From contig JANMXB010000463.1 in NCBI GenBank assembly GCA_031380765.1, positions 1-49,135 of the forward strand: a stretch of 49,135 nucleotides of DNA, given 5' to 3'. This DNA comes from Pseudomonadota bacterium. Lineage in GTDB: Bacteria; Pseudomonadota; Gammaproteobacteria; Burkholderiales; SG8-39. This document shows positions 8,561-17,840 of this stretch, piece by piece. The notes beneath the pieces are model-generated. The model made no database searches. It was not told where the DNA came from and worked only from the letters and a program-made list of their open reading frames with translations. The position numbers were made by a program, and so were the translations under genes. Positions within the stretch are counted from its first letter, which is position 1, and each line of letters begins with the position of its first letter.

Positions 8561-10585
8561 TTGATTCCTGAAATCGGACAGCTTTCGCTCATTCTTGCGC
8601 TAATGCTCGCCGTGGTGCAGTCCGTGTTCCCCATCGTCGGCGCGGCGCGCGGCATGCAGACCTGGATGGACGTTGCGCGCCCCGCGGCGAGGGGGCAGTT
8701 TGTATTTGTCGCGCTCGCGTTCCTATGCCTTGGATGGTCGTTCGGGAGCAACGATTTCTCGGTCCTGAACGTGGCCGCGAATTCGAATTCGCAGCTGCCT
8801 TTGCAATACCGGATCGCCGCCACCTGGGGTTCGCACGAAGGCTCGATCCTGCTATGGGTGCTGATGCTGGGTGTGTGGACGGCTGCGGTAACGGTGTTCA
8901 GCCGCCACCTGCCTGCCGAGGTCGTAGCCCGGGTTCTCGGCGTGATGGGCCTGGTCAGTTCGGGGTTTCTGCTGTTCATGCTGCTCACATCGAACCCGTT
9001 CACGCGATTGCTGCCGGCTGCGCAAGACGGGCGCGACCTCAATCCGCTGCTGCAGGACCCCGGCATGGTCATCCATCCGCCGATGCTCTACATGGGTTAT
9101 GTCGGGTTCTCCGTTGCGTTCGCTTTCGCGATCGCGGCCCTGCTAGGCGGCAGGCTCGACGCGACGTGGGCGCGCTGGTCGCGTCCCTGGACGATTCTCG
9201 CCTGGTGTTTCCTGACCTGCGGCATCGCGCTCGGCAGCGGCTGGGCCTACTACGAGCTTGGTTGGGGAGGCTGGTGGTTCTGGGATCCGGTCGAAAATGC
9301 CTCGTTTATGCCCTGGCTGGTCGGCACCGCCCTTCTGCACTCGCTTGCCGTGACCGAGAAGCGCGGCGGATTCCGGAGCTGGACGGTATTGCTCGCGATC
9401 TGCGCGTTCAGCCTGAGCCTGCTCGGCACGTTCCTCGTGCGCTCCGGGGTGCTGACCTCGGTTCATGCGTTTGCCACCGACCCCAAGCGGGGCGTCTTCA
9501 TCCTCGCGTTCCTTGTAATCGTCATCGGCGGGTCGCTTGCGCTGTTTGCATGGCGCGCGCCGCGGGTGGGGCACGGCGGATCGTTCGAGCCGGTATCGCG
9601 CGAATCGATGCTGCTGACCAACAACGTGTTCCTGGTTGTCGCCGCGGGTTCGGTATTGCTGGGCACCCTTTACCCGTTGTTTCTCGACGCGCTGAACCTG
9701 GGCAAGATTTCGGTCGGACCACCGTACTTCGAAGCCGTTTTCGTGCCGCTGATGACGCCCGCCCTGTTCCTGATGGGCGTCGGGCCGCTGGCGCGCTGGA
9801 AGGAAGCGAGCCTCACCGAGATTGCGGTTCGCCTTCGCTGGGCGCTCGCGGTAAGCGTTGTGTCCGCGCTGCTCGTGCCGCTGGCCACCGCTGGCTGGAA
9901 CGTTGCGCAGTGGCCTCCGCTCGTGAGTTTCGGTCTTGCGATCGCCTTCTGGATCCTGGCCGCAAGCGCGGTGAACCTGAAGGAGCGGCTCGGCAGGATG
10001 CCCGGAGGCCTGGGCGCGAAGATCGCGTCCCAGCCGACGGGCTACTACGGCATGCTGCTCGCCCATTGCGGAGTGGCGGTCTTCATCATCGGCGTAACGC
10101 TCGTCAGGGGCTACGAAGTCGAACGTGACGTACGCATGGCGATAGGCGATACGGTTGTCGTCGGCGGCTACACTTTCAGATTCGATGGCGCCCAGAACGT
10201 CAAAGGGCCGAACTACCGGGCCGCGCGTGGAATGGTGAGCGTCAGCCGCGACGGCAGGGACGTGACGGTTCTCAGGCCCGAGAAGAGGGCTTACAACGTT
10301 AGCAACATGCCGATGACGGAAGCCGACATCGACACCGGCCTGTTCGCAGACCTGTACGTATCGCTGGGCGAGCCTGTCGACAATGGCGCGTGGAGCGTGC
10401 GGATCTACTTCAAGCCGTTCATCAGCTGGATCTGGGGAGGCTGCGCGATCATGGCCCTGGGCGGATTGCTCGCGCTCGCCGATCGCCGCTACCGGAGGGT
10501 AATGCGGCGCGAGGAGCAGGTTGTTCCGGCCGGCCCCCCGGTTCCTGGCCCACAGACCGGACACCGCGAGGCGCTCGAAGCATGA
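8561..10585 (+). CDS. ccmF: heme lyase CcmF
   Basis: 674 aa polytopic protein, TTG start (MIPEIGQ). WWD motif WGGWWFWDPVEN. Confidence 0.95.
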   Translation: MIPEIGQLSLILALMLAVVQSVFPIVGAARGMQTWMDVARPAARGQFVFVALAFLCLGWSFGSNDFSVLNVAANSNSQLPLQYRIAATWGSHEGSILLWVLMLGVWTAAVTVFSRHLPAEVVARVLGVMGLVSSGFLLFMLLTSNPFTRLLPAAQDGRDLNPLLQDPGMVIHPPMLYMGYVGFSVAFAFAIAALLGGRLDATWARWSRPWTILAWCFLTCGIALGSGWAYYELGWGGWWFWDPVENASFMPWLVGTALLHSLAVTEKRGGFRSWTVLLAICAFSLSLLGTFLVRSGVLTSVHAFATDPKRGVFILAFLVIVIGGSLALFAWRAPRVGHGGSFEPVSRESMLLTNNVFLVVAAGSVLLGTLYPLFLDALNLGKISVGPPYFEAVFVPLMTPALFLMGVGPLARWKEASLTEIAVRLRWALAVSVVSALLVPLATAGWNVAQWPPLVSFGLAIAFWILAASAVNLKERLGRMPGGLGAKIASQPTGYYGMLLAHCGVAVFIIGVTLVRGYEVERDVRMAIGDTVVVGGYTFRFDGAQNVKGPNYRAARGMVSVSRDGRDVTVLRPEKRAYNVSNMPMTEADIDTGLFADLYVSLGEPVDNGAWSVRIYFKPFISWIWGGCAIMALGGLLALADRRYRRVMRREEQVVPAGPPVPGPQTGHREALEA

Positions 10586-11109
10586 ACCGTTTTGTCTTTC
10601 CGCTCGGCGTGTTTGCCGTGTTGGTGGCTTTCCTGGCGATCGGCCTGACGCTGAATCCGCGCGAAGTACCCTCGCCGCTGGTCGACAAGCCGGTGCCTCC
10701 TTTCAGGCTTGCCCAATTGGAGCAGCCGGAACTGCAGTTCTCCCAGAAGGACATGCAGGGGCAGGTTTGGCTGCTTAACGTCTGGGCTTCCTGGTGCGTT
10801 TCGTGCCGCGACGAGCATCCGGTGCTCGTGGAGCTGGCGCGCAACCGGATCGTTCCGGTCGTGGGGTTGAATTACAAGGACAAGCCGGTGGAAGCCAAGG
10901 CGTGGCTGAAGCAATTTGGCGATCCTTATTTGCTCAGTGTCACGGACCACGATGGCCGGGTGGGCATCGACTATGGCGTGTATGGAGTGCCCGAGACGTT
11001 TGTGATCGATCGTGCCGGGGTCATCCGCTACAAGCAGATCGGTCCGCTAACGCGCGAGGCGCTCGAGTCGAAAATCCTGCCGCTCGTGCGCCGGCTGCAG
11101 AAGTCGTGA
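10582..11109 (+). CDS. ccmG: periplasmic thiol:disulfide oxidoreductase CcmG/DsbE
   Basis: ATG overlaps the ccmF stop (ATGA). Signal anchor plus thioredoxin motif WASWCVSCRDEHP. Confidence 0.95.
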   Translation: MNRFVFPLGVFAVLVAFLAIGLTLNPREVPSPLVDKPVPPFRLAQLEQPELQFSQKDMQGQVWLLNVWASWCVSCRDEHPVLVELARNRIVPVVGLNYKDKPVEAKAWLKQFGDPYLLSVTDHDGRVGIDYGVYGVPETFVIDRAGVIRYKQIGPLTREALESKILPLVRRLQKS

Positions 11110-11576
11110 GGGTCTTCGCCATTCTCGTGTTGGCGCTTGCCCCGCTCGGCCTGTGGGCCGCCGAAGCCGTGCCCACCGAACTTGACCGGGTCCAGCAAAA
11201 GCGCGCGGTCGAGCTCTCGGAGAACCTGCGCTGCCTGGTGTGCCAGAACCAGACCATTGCGGATTCCAACGCCGAGCTGGCCCAGGACCTTCGGCGCCAG
11301 GTGCGTGAACAAATCGCGCAGGGTCGCAGCGACAAGGAAATTGTCGCTTTCATGGTGCAACGCTATGGCGACTTCGTCCTTTACAACCCGCCTGTGAAGG
11401 CAACCACGCTTTTGCTTTGGTTCGGTCCCGGACTGTTGCTGCTCGCCGGCATCGCCCTGCTGTTGCGCAACGTCCGCGTGCGCAGGCGCGCCGCCGAACC
11501 GGCGCAACTGAGTCCCGAAGAACACGAGCGCGCAAGCGGCCTGCTGGGCGACAGGACCGGAAAGGACCGCGCATGA
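11106..11576 (+). CDS. ccmH: cytochrome c-type biogenesis protein CcmH
   Basis: GTG start overlapping the ccmG stop (GTGA). Signal peptide, LRCLVCQNQ redox motif, C-terminal TM. Confidence 0.9.
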   Translation: MRVFAILVLALAPLGLWAAEAVPTELDRVQQKRAVELSENLRCLVCQNQTIADSNAELAQDLRRQVREQIAQGRSDKEIVAFMVQRYGDFVLYNPPVKATTLLLWFGPGLLLLAGIALLLRNVRVRRRAAEPAQLSPEEHERASGLLGDRTGKDRA

Positions 11577-12823
11577 ACGGCTTCATCGTCATCGGCGCCG
11601 CAATGTGCGTGATGGCGCTGCTGTGCGTGGTGGTACCGCTCGCCCGTCAGCGCAGGCCGCAGGACGCGGCCGCCGGGGTCGTGCAGACGAATCTGTCCAT
11701 TCTGCGCGACCAGCTTGCCGAACTTCAGGCGGACCTGTCTCGCGGAACGATCTCGGCAGGGCAGTATTCGGTCGCGCGCGCCGAACTGGAGCGTCGAGCG
11801 CTTGAGGAAGCGGCCGCCACGCGTAGCGTCGGCCCATCCACCCAACGTGGGGCGCGATGGGCACCCATAGCCCTCGGCGTCGCCATTCCTTTGGCTGCAT
11901 TCTCGATGTACGCGTGGATAGGCGAGCCCGCGGGACTGCGGCGCGAAGCGGTAGCCGCCGAACGGCCTGTGGGACCCGCGGAAATCGAGAAGATGGTGGC
12001 GGGCCTGGCGCAACGGCTCGAGAAAAACCCGGACGATCCGCGCGGCTGGACGATGCTGGCGCGTTCGTACTACGTAATGCGGCGGATGCCGGAAGCGGCG
12101 GCCGCCTATGCAAAGGCCGCGGAGAAGATCAAGGACGACGCCGATTTGTATGCCGACTACGCCGACGCACTTGCCATGAGCCAGGGCCGGCGCATCGATG
12201 GCGCCCCGCTGAAACTGGTAATGCAGGCACTCGCGATCGATCCCGTTCAGCCAAAAGCCCTGGCGATGGCGGGGACCGAGTCTTTCAACCGCAAGGACTA
12301 CCCGGGCGCGCTCGGGTACTGGGAGAAGTTGCTTCCGCTGCTTCCACCGCAATCGGAGATGGCGAAGTCCGTCGCAGACGGAATTGCGCAAGCGCGCGAA
12401 TTGGGGAAGATAAGGTCCGTTCAGACAGCGGTTGCGCCGACAAAACAGGCACCGAAGCCCGCTTCGGGCACCGCCTTGGCCGGCAGCGTAAGCGGACGGG
12501 TAACGCTGAGTCCAGTGCTCGCTGCCAAAGCTGGTCCGCAGGACACGCTGTTCATAGTTGCGCGCGCCCTGAACGGACCGCGCATTCCCCTTGCGGTGCT
12601 GCGCCGGCGCGTGGCGGACCTGCCGATCGACTTTGCCCTGGATGACACACGGGCGATGAGTCCGGAGTTGAAGCTGTCTGCCTTCTCCGATGTGATCGTG
12701 ACCGCGCGGATCTCGAAGTCGGGCAATGCGATTTCCCAGCCAGGAGACCTTCAGGGCGCCAGCCCGCCAGTAAAGGTCGGCGCAAGCGGCCTCGCCATCG
12801 TCATCGACAGCGTGGTGCCCTAG
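11573..12823 (+). CDS. ccmI: c-type cytochrome biogenesis protein CcmI (TPR-containing)
   Basis: ATG overlaps the ccmH stop (ATGA). N-terminal TM, TPR-like region (GWTMLARSYYVMRRMPEAAAAYAKA). Position after ccmH. Confidence 0.85.
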   Translation: MNGFIVIGAAMCVMALLCVVVPLARQRRPQDAAAGVVQTNLSILRDQLAELQADLSRGTISAGQYSVARAELERRALEEAAATRSVGPSTQRGARWAPIALGVAIPLAAFSMYAWIGEPAGLRREAVAAERPVGPAEIEKMVAGLAQRLEKNPDDPRGWTMLARSYYVMRRMPEAAAAYAKAAEKIKDDADLYADYADALAMSQGRRIDGAPLKLVMQALAIDPVQPKALAMAGTESFNRKDYPGALGYWEKLLPLLPPQSEMAKSVADGIAQARELGKIRSVQTAVAPTKQAPKPASGTALAGSVSGRVTLSPVLAAKAGPQDTLFIVARALNGPRIPLAVLRRRVADLPIDFALDDTRAMSPELKLSAFSDVIVTARISKSGNAISQPGDLQGASPPVKVGASGLAIVIDSVVP

Positions 12824-12975
12824 GAATTCTGCGTTTCACGCCGCGCAGCGCGATGACGCGCAACCAGCACGACGATTTCCATGCCGATGACCGCGGCTGT
12901 CACCAGATAGGCTCCCCACACGTAAAAGCCGTATCCGCCCATCGCGGCGAACTCGGCCAGGCTTGCCCACTTCAT
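12820..12975 (-). CDS. ccmD: heme exporter protein CcmD
   Basis: 51 aa: MKWASLAEFAAMGGYGFYVWGAYLVTAAVIGMEIVVLVARHRAARRETQNS. ATG overlaps the ccmC stop (ATGA). Only the last 51 codons of the 233-aa ORF in the track are credible. Confidence 0.8.
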   Translation of the reverse strand: MKWASLAEFAAMGGYGFYVWGAYLVTAAVIGMEIVVLVARHRAARRETQNS

Positions 12976-13715
12976 GGCGTTGCCCCGAGGAATTGCCTTG
13001 CCCATTCGGCGCTGCGCTCGCGCTCGAGAATGATCGAGCGCACGCGCATGAGGACCGCCGCAATCGAATACATCCAGAACGCCAGCGCGAAGAGCAGCAT
13101 GCCGGCAAGCATGGTCGCCGCCATGCTGGGGCTTTTGGTGAAGCTCACGGATGCGCCCTGCTGCAGCGTATTCCACCAGTGCACCGAAAAATAGATGATT
13201 GGAACGTTGACTACGCCCACCAGTGCAACTACGGCGCCGGCCTTGTCGGCGCGGCGCGTATCGTCGATGGCCGCCTGCAGCGAAATGAATCCAAGATAAA
13301 GGAACAGGAGGATCAGCTCGGAGGTAAGCCTGGCATCCCAGACCCACCATGTTCCCCACGTGGGCTTGCCCCAGAACGATCCGGTCCAAAGCGCGATGAA
13401 AGTCATGAGGGCGCCGGTGGGGGCAATTGCGCTGGCCATCATGGAGGACAGGCGCGTGTTGAACGCGAGTCCGAATCCCGCCCAGAAAGCCATCATCAAA
13501 TACAGGAACATCGACATCCATGCCGCGGCGACATGAACGTAAATGATCCTGTAGGCCTCGCCCTGCTGCGCATCGGTTGGCGCGACGAAGAATCCGATGT
13601 AGAGCCCGGCACAGGCAAGAACGAGTGCGGCCGCAAGAAACCAGGGAACCATCCTTCCGGCAAGCGGATAGAAAGCCGATGGAGAGGAGTACTTGAACCA
13701 GTTGATGCTGCGCAT
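12972..13715 (-). CDS. ccmC: heme exporter protein CcmC
   Basis: 247 aa polytopic protein with WWD motif WGTWWVWDARLTSE. Confidence 0.95.
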   Translation of the reverse strand: MRSINWFKYSSPSAFYPLAGRMVPWFLAAALVLACAGLYIGFFVAPTDAQQGEAYRIIYVHVAAAWMSMFLYLMMAFWAGFGLAFNTRLSSMMASAIAPTGALMTFIALWTGSFWGKPTWGTWWVWDARLTSELILLFLYLGFISLQAAIDDTRRADKAGAVVALVGVVNVPIIYFSVHWWNTLQQGASVSFTKSPSMAATMLAGMLLFALAFWMYSIAAVLMRVRSIILERERSAEWARQFLGATP

Positions 13716-13747
13716 GTGTGGTCTTGGAGAGTGGTCTTCGCGTCCGG

Positions 13748-14428
13748 CTATTCGAGAGCGATTCTAATTGCGACGGACGCCACCCAGGGTCCGAAAAGGA
13801 CGCTGGGCAGCAAGTACGCGCCGAGAAGCGACAGGTGGGGGGCCGGACTCAATCCCGAAGCGACAGCGTCCACCGCACCGGCACCGAAGATGAGAACCGG
13901 CACGCACAGAGGAAGGACGATCAGGGGGACGAGGACGCCACTCGATCGCAGCCCCAGTGTGAGGGCCGCACCCACCGCGCCCAGCAGGCTGAGGATCGGA
14001 GTGCCCAGTAAAAGCGATACGACCAGCATTGCGACTGCGTCTTCCTCCAGGCCGAACTGGAGTCCCAACAGGGGTGCAATCAGCACGAGCGGGAATCCGG
14101 AGACAAGCCAGTGCGCGAATATTTTTCCCGCCAGCAGGACGCCAAGCGGGTGGGGCGTAAGGACAAGCTGTTCCAAAGTGCCATCGGCGTGATCGGCCGC
14201 AAACAGGCGTGCGAGCGCAAGCATCGAAGCCAGCAGCGCCGCGACCCAGACGACACCCGGGGCAATGGCCCGCAGCAAAGCCGTCTCGGGGCCGATGCCC
14301 AGCGGAAACAGGCTCACCACAACGGCAAAGAAAAATAGCGTATTGGCCGCATCGAACTTGTTGCGCATCACGACTAGCAGTTCGCGGGCCACTACGTAAC
14401 GCACCGCCGCGAGCATCGACCGGATCAT
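13748..14428 (-). CDS. ccmB: heme exporter permease CcmB
   Basis: 226 aa, six hydrophobic segments. Position between ccmA and ccmC. ATG overlaps the ccmA stop. Confidence 0.95.
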   Translation of the reverse strand: MIRSMLAAVRYVVARELLVVMRNKFDAANTLFFFAVVVSLFPLGIGPETALLRAIAPGVVWVAALLASMLALARLFAADHADGTLEQLVLTPHPLGVLLAGKIFAHWLVSGFPLVLIAPLLGLQFGLEEDAVAMLVVSLLLGTPILSLLGAVGAALTLGLRSSGVLVPLIVLPLCVPVLIFGAGAVDAVASGLSPAPHLSLLGAYLLPSVLFGPWVASVAIRIALE

Positions 14429-15069
14429 GACTTGAGCTCGATGCTCTGAATGGCGTGAGCCGCGATTGCGACTTCCTGATGGCTCGTCAGCAGGACCAGG
14501 CCGCCGCGCTCGAGGTGCTCTTCAATCACCAGCCTCACGGCTTCGATTCCGCCAGCATCGAGGGCCGCAAACGGCTCGTCGAGGATCCAGACGGCGCGCG
14601 TCGCGCTGAGCCGCAAGCGTGCCAGGGCCAGCCGGCGCTTCTGACCTTGGGAAAGAAACTTGCACGGCAGGTGTGCGAGCCCGTCGACGGCAAATTCGCG
14701 AAGCGCTGCGCCGATGAGGGCTTGCGTTGCGGGCACCCCGGCAAGGCGCGCGCAGAAGCGCAGATTCTCGCCGGCTTTCAGCTCATCCTTGACCGCGTTC
14801 AGATGACCGAAGTACGCAAGGTGCTGGTGGTACTCCTCGTCAAGCGCATGGATGCGTCGTCCGTTCCATTCGATGCTCCCGGCAGCAGGCTGAAGCAGGC
14901 CGCAGACGATGCGTAACAGACTTGTTTTGCCGCTGCCATTGGGCCCGCGCACCTGAAGCAGGCCGCCGTTGGCGAGGTCGAACGCAACGCCGTCAAACAC
15001 GCGCCGATTCCCCCGCACGCACTGGAGCCCGCTTGCGTGGAGTGCGGAGCGAGCAAGCGGCGCGCTCAT
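14425..15069 (-). CDS. ccmA: cytochrome c biogenesis ABC ATPase CcmA
   Basis: Walker A GPNGSGKTSLLR, signature LSQGQKRRLALA, Walker B VWILDEPF. Confidence 0.95.
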   Translation of the reverse strand: MSAPLARSALHASGLQCVRGNRRVFDGVAFDLANGGLLQVRGPNGSGKTSLLRIVCGLLQPAAGSIEWNGRRIHALDEEYHQHLAYFGHLNAVKDELKAGENLRFCARLAGVPATQALIGAALREFAVDGLAHLPCKFLSQGQKRRLALARLRLSATRAVWILDEPFAALDAGGIEAVRLVIEEHLERGGLVLLTSHQEVAIAAHAIQSIELKS

Positions 15070-15276
15070 TTATTCTTCATCCGGCAGCCATGCTTTTTGT
15101 CCTGAAGTCGAGGCGCACTCTACAGGATTGGTCCCGGACGCTGCCCATGGCGGGACGGCAAAACGCTCTGTTGTTAAAACGCAACAATCGCGGTTCGCTT
15201 GCAGCGTAAGGAGGGCATTGCCGCTTGTAGAGGCGGCGCTTTGCGGATACCCTGACGTGCGTCAGGCGATCCTCGC

Positions 15277-15330
15277 AATTTTATGAGATACTCGTTGTAA
15301 GATTAAGAAAACAAAAGATATTCGGTGCCA
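15277..15330 (+). promoter_or_regulatory. AT-rich island with candidate promoter for the TpsB gene
   Basis: About 50 bp of AT-rich sequence in a 65% GC background. TTGTAA (15295-15300), 16 nt, GATATT (15317-15322). By-eye match only. Confidence 0.25.
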
Positions 15331-15425
15331 CTACTCCTTTTGGAGGACATCTCAGCAAGAGCACTTCTTATCTTCGACGCCGGTCAGGGTACAGGCGGAG
15401 AGATTTCCGGTATGCAGAAGGCGCG

Positions 15426-17243
15426 ATGCTAGAATTCGCGTTCGGTTCAGGGGGCGCACTGATGTGCGGTAAGAAGCAAGAACAACAATCGGCGAAGCGT
15501 CGAAAGCTTCGAACGTCTAGCCTCACGTTGGCTGCGCTGGCATGGTCAATTGCCGGACCGCACGCCGCGTTCGGGCAGTCTGCACCGCAGGTCGCTCAAC
15601 TGCGCCCCGACGCCGGACAAATTCTCGAGCAGCAACGCGACCGGGTCCCGCCGCCTGCCCGTCCCGACCGGGAAGTCATGCCGCGCGAGGAACAGCCCCG
15701 GCCTGCGATGCGCGGCTCGGCATCGCTGAAAGTCACGGTCAAGCAATTCCACATTTCGGGCAACCGAATCTACTCCGAGGCTGAGCTGCAGCCGGCGCTG
15801 AAGGATTCCATCGGCAAGGAACTCGACTTCGAAGGGCTGACCGAAGCGGCAAACAGCGTTCGCGCGTTCTACCGCGCAAATGGCTACTTCCTCGCCCAAG
15901 CCTACTTGCCAGCGCAGCAGATCAAGGACGGCGTGGTCGAGATCGCAATCCTGGAGGGGCGACTTGGCACCGTCGAGCTCAAACCGGATCCTGCCTCGCG
16001 CCTGCGCCCCGACTTTGCGCGCGGCATCCTGGACCAGCACCTCAAAGAAGGCGATCCGATCACGGAGACGGGACTCGAGCGGCCGCTCTTGCTTCTGAGC
16101 GACCTGCCGAACGTCGTGGTGAGCTCCGAGATCGGACCCAGTACCCGGGCCATCGGTGCCGCCGACTTGCGCGTCAACGTGAAAGAGTCAGGCGGAATCA
16201 TCTCGGGTTATGCGGACCTGGACAACGCGGGCAACCGGTTCACGGGGGAATGGCGCACGGGCGTCAACCTGAATGCCAACAACCTGAGCGGCTATGGCGA
16301 CCAGCTATCGATGCGCGCCACGCTGACCAACGAGCGCATGAGTTTCGTGCGCGCCGCCATTTCGGCGCCCGTGGCCTATAGCGGCACGCGGGCCGGCATC
16401 AGTGTGGCCCAGTTCAGCTACAGCCTGCAAAAGGATTTCTCCGCGATCGGTGCGCACGGCGAAGGCACTGTGACCAGCTTTTATGCGCTGCATCCGTTTA
16501 TCCGTACCCGAAATGCCAACCTCATCGGGCAGATCTCGTACGAAAACAAGATGCTCAAAGACCGCATCGATACGACGAACAGCATCGAAGACCGCAAGAT
16601 CAATACCGTAAAGCTGGGCCTGGTCGGTGACCTGCGTGATCGCATTTTTGGCGGCGCGCTCAACTCGTTCTCGGTCTCCTACACCGATGGGACTCTCGGC
16701 CTGAATCCGATCGCGGTCGCCATCGCCGACCAGGGTGTGACCGGCCTGAAGACGCAGGGTAAGTTCTCCAAGGCAAACTTCGACATGCGCCGTCTTCAGT
16801 TGATCAGCGAGAACATAAACCTGCTCGTTGCGCTGAGCGGGCAGTTCGCCGACAAGAACCTCGCCTCCGCGGAGAAAATGTCCCTGGGGGGCGCCAGCGG
16901 CGTACGCGCTTATCCCACCGGCCAGGGTATCGGCGACCAGGGTTTCCTGTTCAGCACCGAGCTGCGCTACAACGTGCCGAAATTCCAGCTCTGGTCAGGC
17001 GACGTCACGGTCATGGGCTTCTACGACGCGGGCCGGGTCAAGGTCAACACCAGCCCGCTGGTCACGTCGACCGCGCCGAACTTCATCGGGCTTTCCGCGC
17101 TCGGCGTCGGAATGTCGGTGGGCAAGGACAATGACTTCCTGCTCAAAACCACTCTGGCGTGGCGCGGCGAGAACGACACGCCGGATGCGGACACAGTCAG
17201 GCGCGAGCCGAGGGTTTGGGTACAAGCGATCAAATGGTTTTAA
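15426..17243 (+). CDS. ShlB/FhaC/HecB-family two-partner-secretion outer-membrane transporter (TpsB)
   Basis: Signal peptide ending AAFG/QS. POTRA region VKQFHISGNRIYSEAELQPAL...FYRANGYFLAQAYLPAQQIKDGVVEIAILEGRLG. Barrel motif LGGASGVRAYP and terminal aromatic WF. The start could instead be ATG 15462. Confidence 0.9.
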   Translation: MLEFAFGSGGALMCGKKQEQQSAKRRKLRTSSLTLAALAWSIAGPHAAFGQSAPQVAQLRPDAGQILEQQRDRVPPPARPDREVMPREEQPRPAMRGSASLKVTVKQFHISGNRIYSEAELQPALKDSIGKELDFEGLTEAANSVRAFYRANGYFLAQAYLPAQQIKDGVVEIAILEGRLGTVELKPDPASRLRPDFARGILDQHLKEGDPITETGLERPLLLLSDLPNVVVSSEIGPSTRAIGAADLRVNVKESGGIISGYADLDNAGNRFTGEWRTGVNLNANNLSGYGDQLSMRATLTNERMSFVRAAISAPVAYSGTRAGISVAQFSYSLQKDFSAIGAHGEGTVTSFYALHPFIRTRNANLIGQISYENKMLKDRIDTTNSIEDRKINTVKLGLVGDLRDRIFGGALNSFSVSYTDGTLGLNPIAVAIADQGVTGLKTQGKFSKANFDMRRLQLISENINLLVALSGQFADKNLASAEKMSLGGASGVRAYPTGQGIGDQGFLFSTELRYNVPKFQLWSGDVTVMGFYDAGRVKVNTSPLVTSTAPNFIGLSALGVGMSVGKDNDFLLKTTLAWRGENDTPDADTVRREPRVWVQAIKWF

Positions 17244-17343
17244 GGCCGCGGCGCGGCGTGAAAAAGTCAGGGCCGCAGTACGACAGAAGTCGCGCATTTT
17301 CACAATTCCCCGAGCCAGACTGAACACCCGGCGCGTCCTGCTG

Positions 17344-17840
17344 GTGCATACGGGCAACGATGTGGCCAAGATTGCCGGCTCGACCCCTGGGGCGGTCAAG
17401 TATGCGGATGCCAATGCGCGGGCGGTCGATACGGTGACGACGGCGGGCTTCACGGGTGCGCGCAATGTGTCGCTCATCAATGTGCCGCTCAATACGGTGA
17501 CTCTGTCCGACACGGGGTTGACGAACGCCGTTGCGGTCACCGACACCAATACGATCGCGTTCACGACCGTGGTGCTGGGCGGCAACTTCACGGTCAACGC
17601 GCCAGCTATTGTTGCGCACGACACGACGAAGCTCGACGCCGCGGCGAGCGGCACCGGTACGTTGAACCGTACTGGCGGACTGATTTCGGTGAGCGACATC
17701 TCGTCGACCTTGAGCATAGGCACGACGGGATCGCTGCAAACGGATCGCAGGTGCCGGTAATTACGACAGTGACGGGGGTATCGGTTCCCGAAGGCTGCGG
17801 GCAAGAGGACGAAGACGAAACACCCTCCGAAAAGAACTGA
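17344..17840 (+). pseudogene. TpsA / filamentous-haemagglutinin-like beta-helix repeat fragment (no signal peptide or TPS domain; frame break near 17745)
   Basis: Frame 1 has strong G/C at third codon positions and a T/N/V/G/A-rich repeat-like sequence (NVSLINVPLNTVTLSDTGLTNAVAVTDTNTIAFTTVVLGGNFTVNAPAIV). It has no ATG, only GTG at 17344/17362, and stops at 17760. A coherent continuation (QVPVITTVTGVSVPEGCGQEDEDETPSEKN*) runs in another frame to 17840. Confidence 0.3.

Noticed and set aside
12976-13521. N-terminal 182 codons of the 233-aa ORF 12820-13521
   Set aside because: This part overlaps ccmC out of frame. Only the last 51 codons (12820-12975) form the hydrophobic CcmD mini-protein with an ATGA junction to ccmC.
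15070-15425. Possible riboswitch or sRNA (for example a c-di-GMP type) in the 356-bp ccmA/TpsB intergenic region
   Set aside because: I could not match any riboswitch consensus I know. GGCAAAACGC is only superficially GEMM-like. Only the palindrome and the AT-rich island are reported. A covariance-model scan (Rfam/Infernal) would be needed.
15412-15432. 6-codon upstream ORF (MQKARC*) overlapping the TpsB ATG at 15426
   Set aside because: It is too short to support, it depends on which TpsB start is real, and there is no conservation information.
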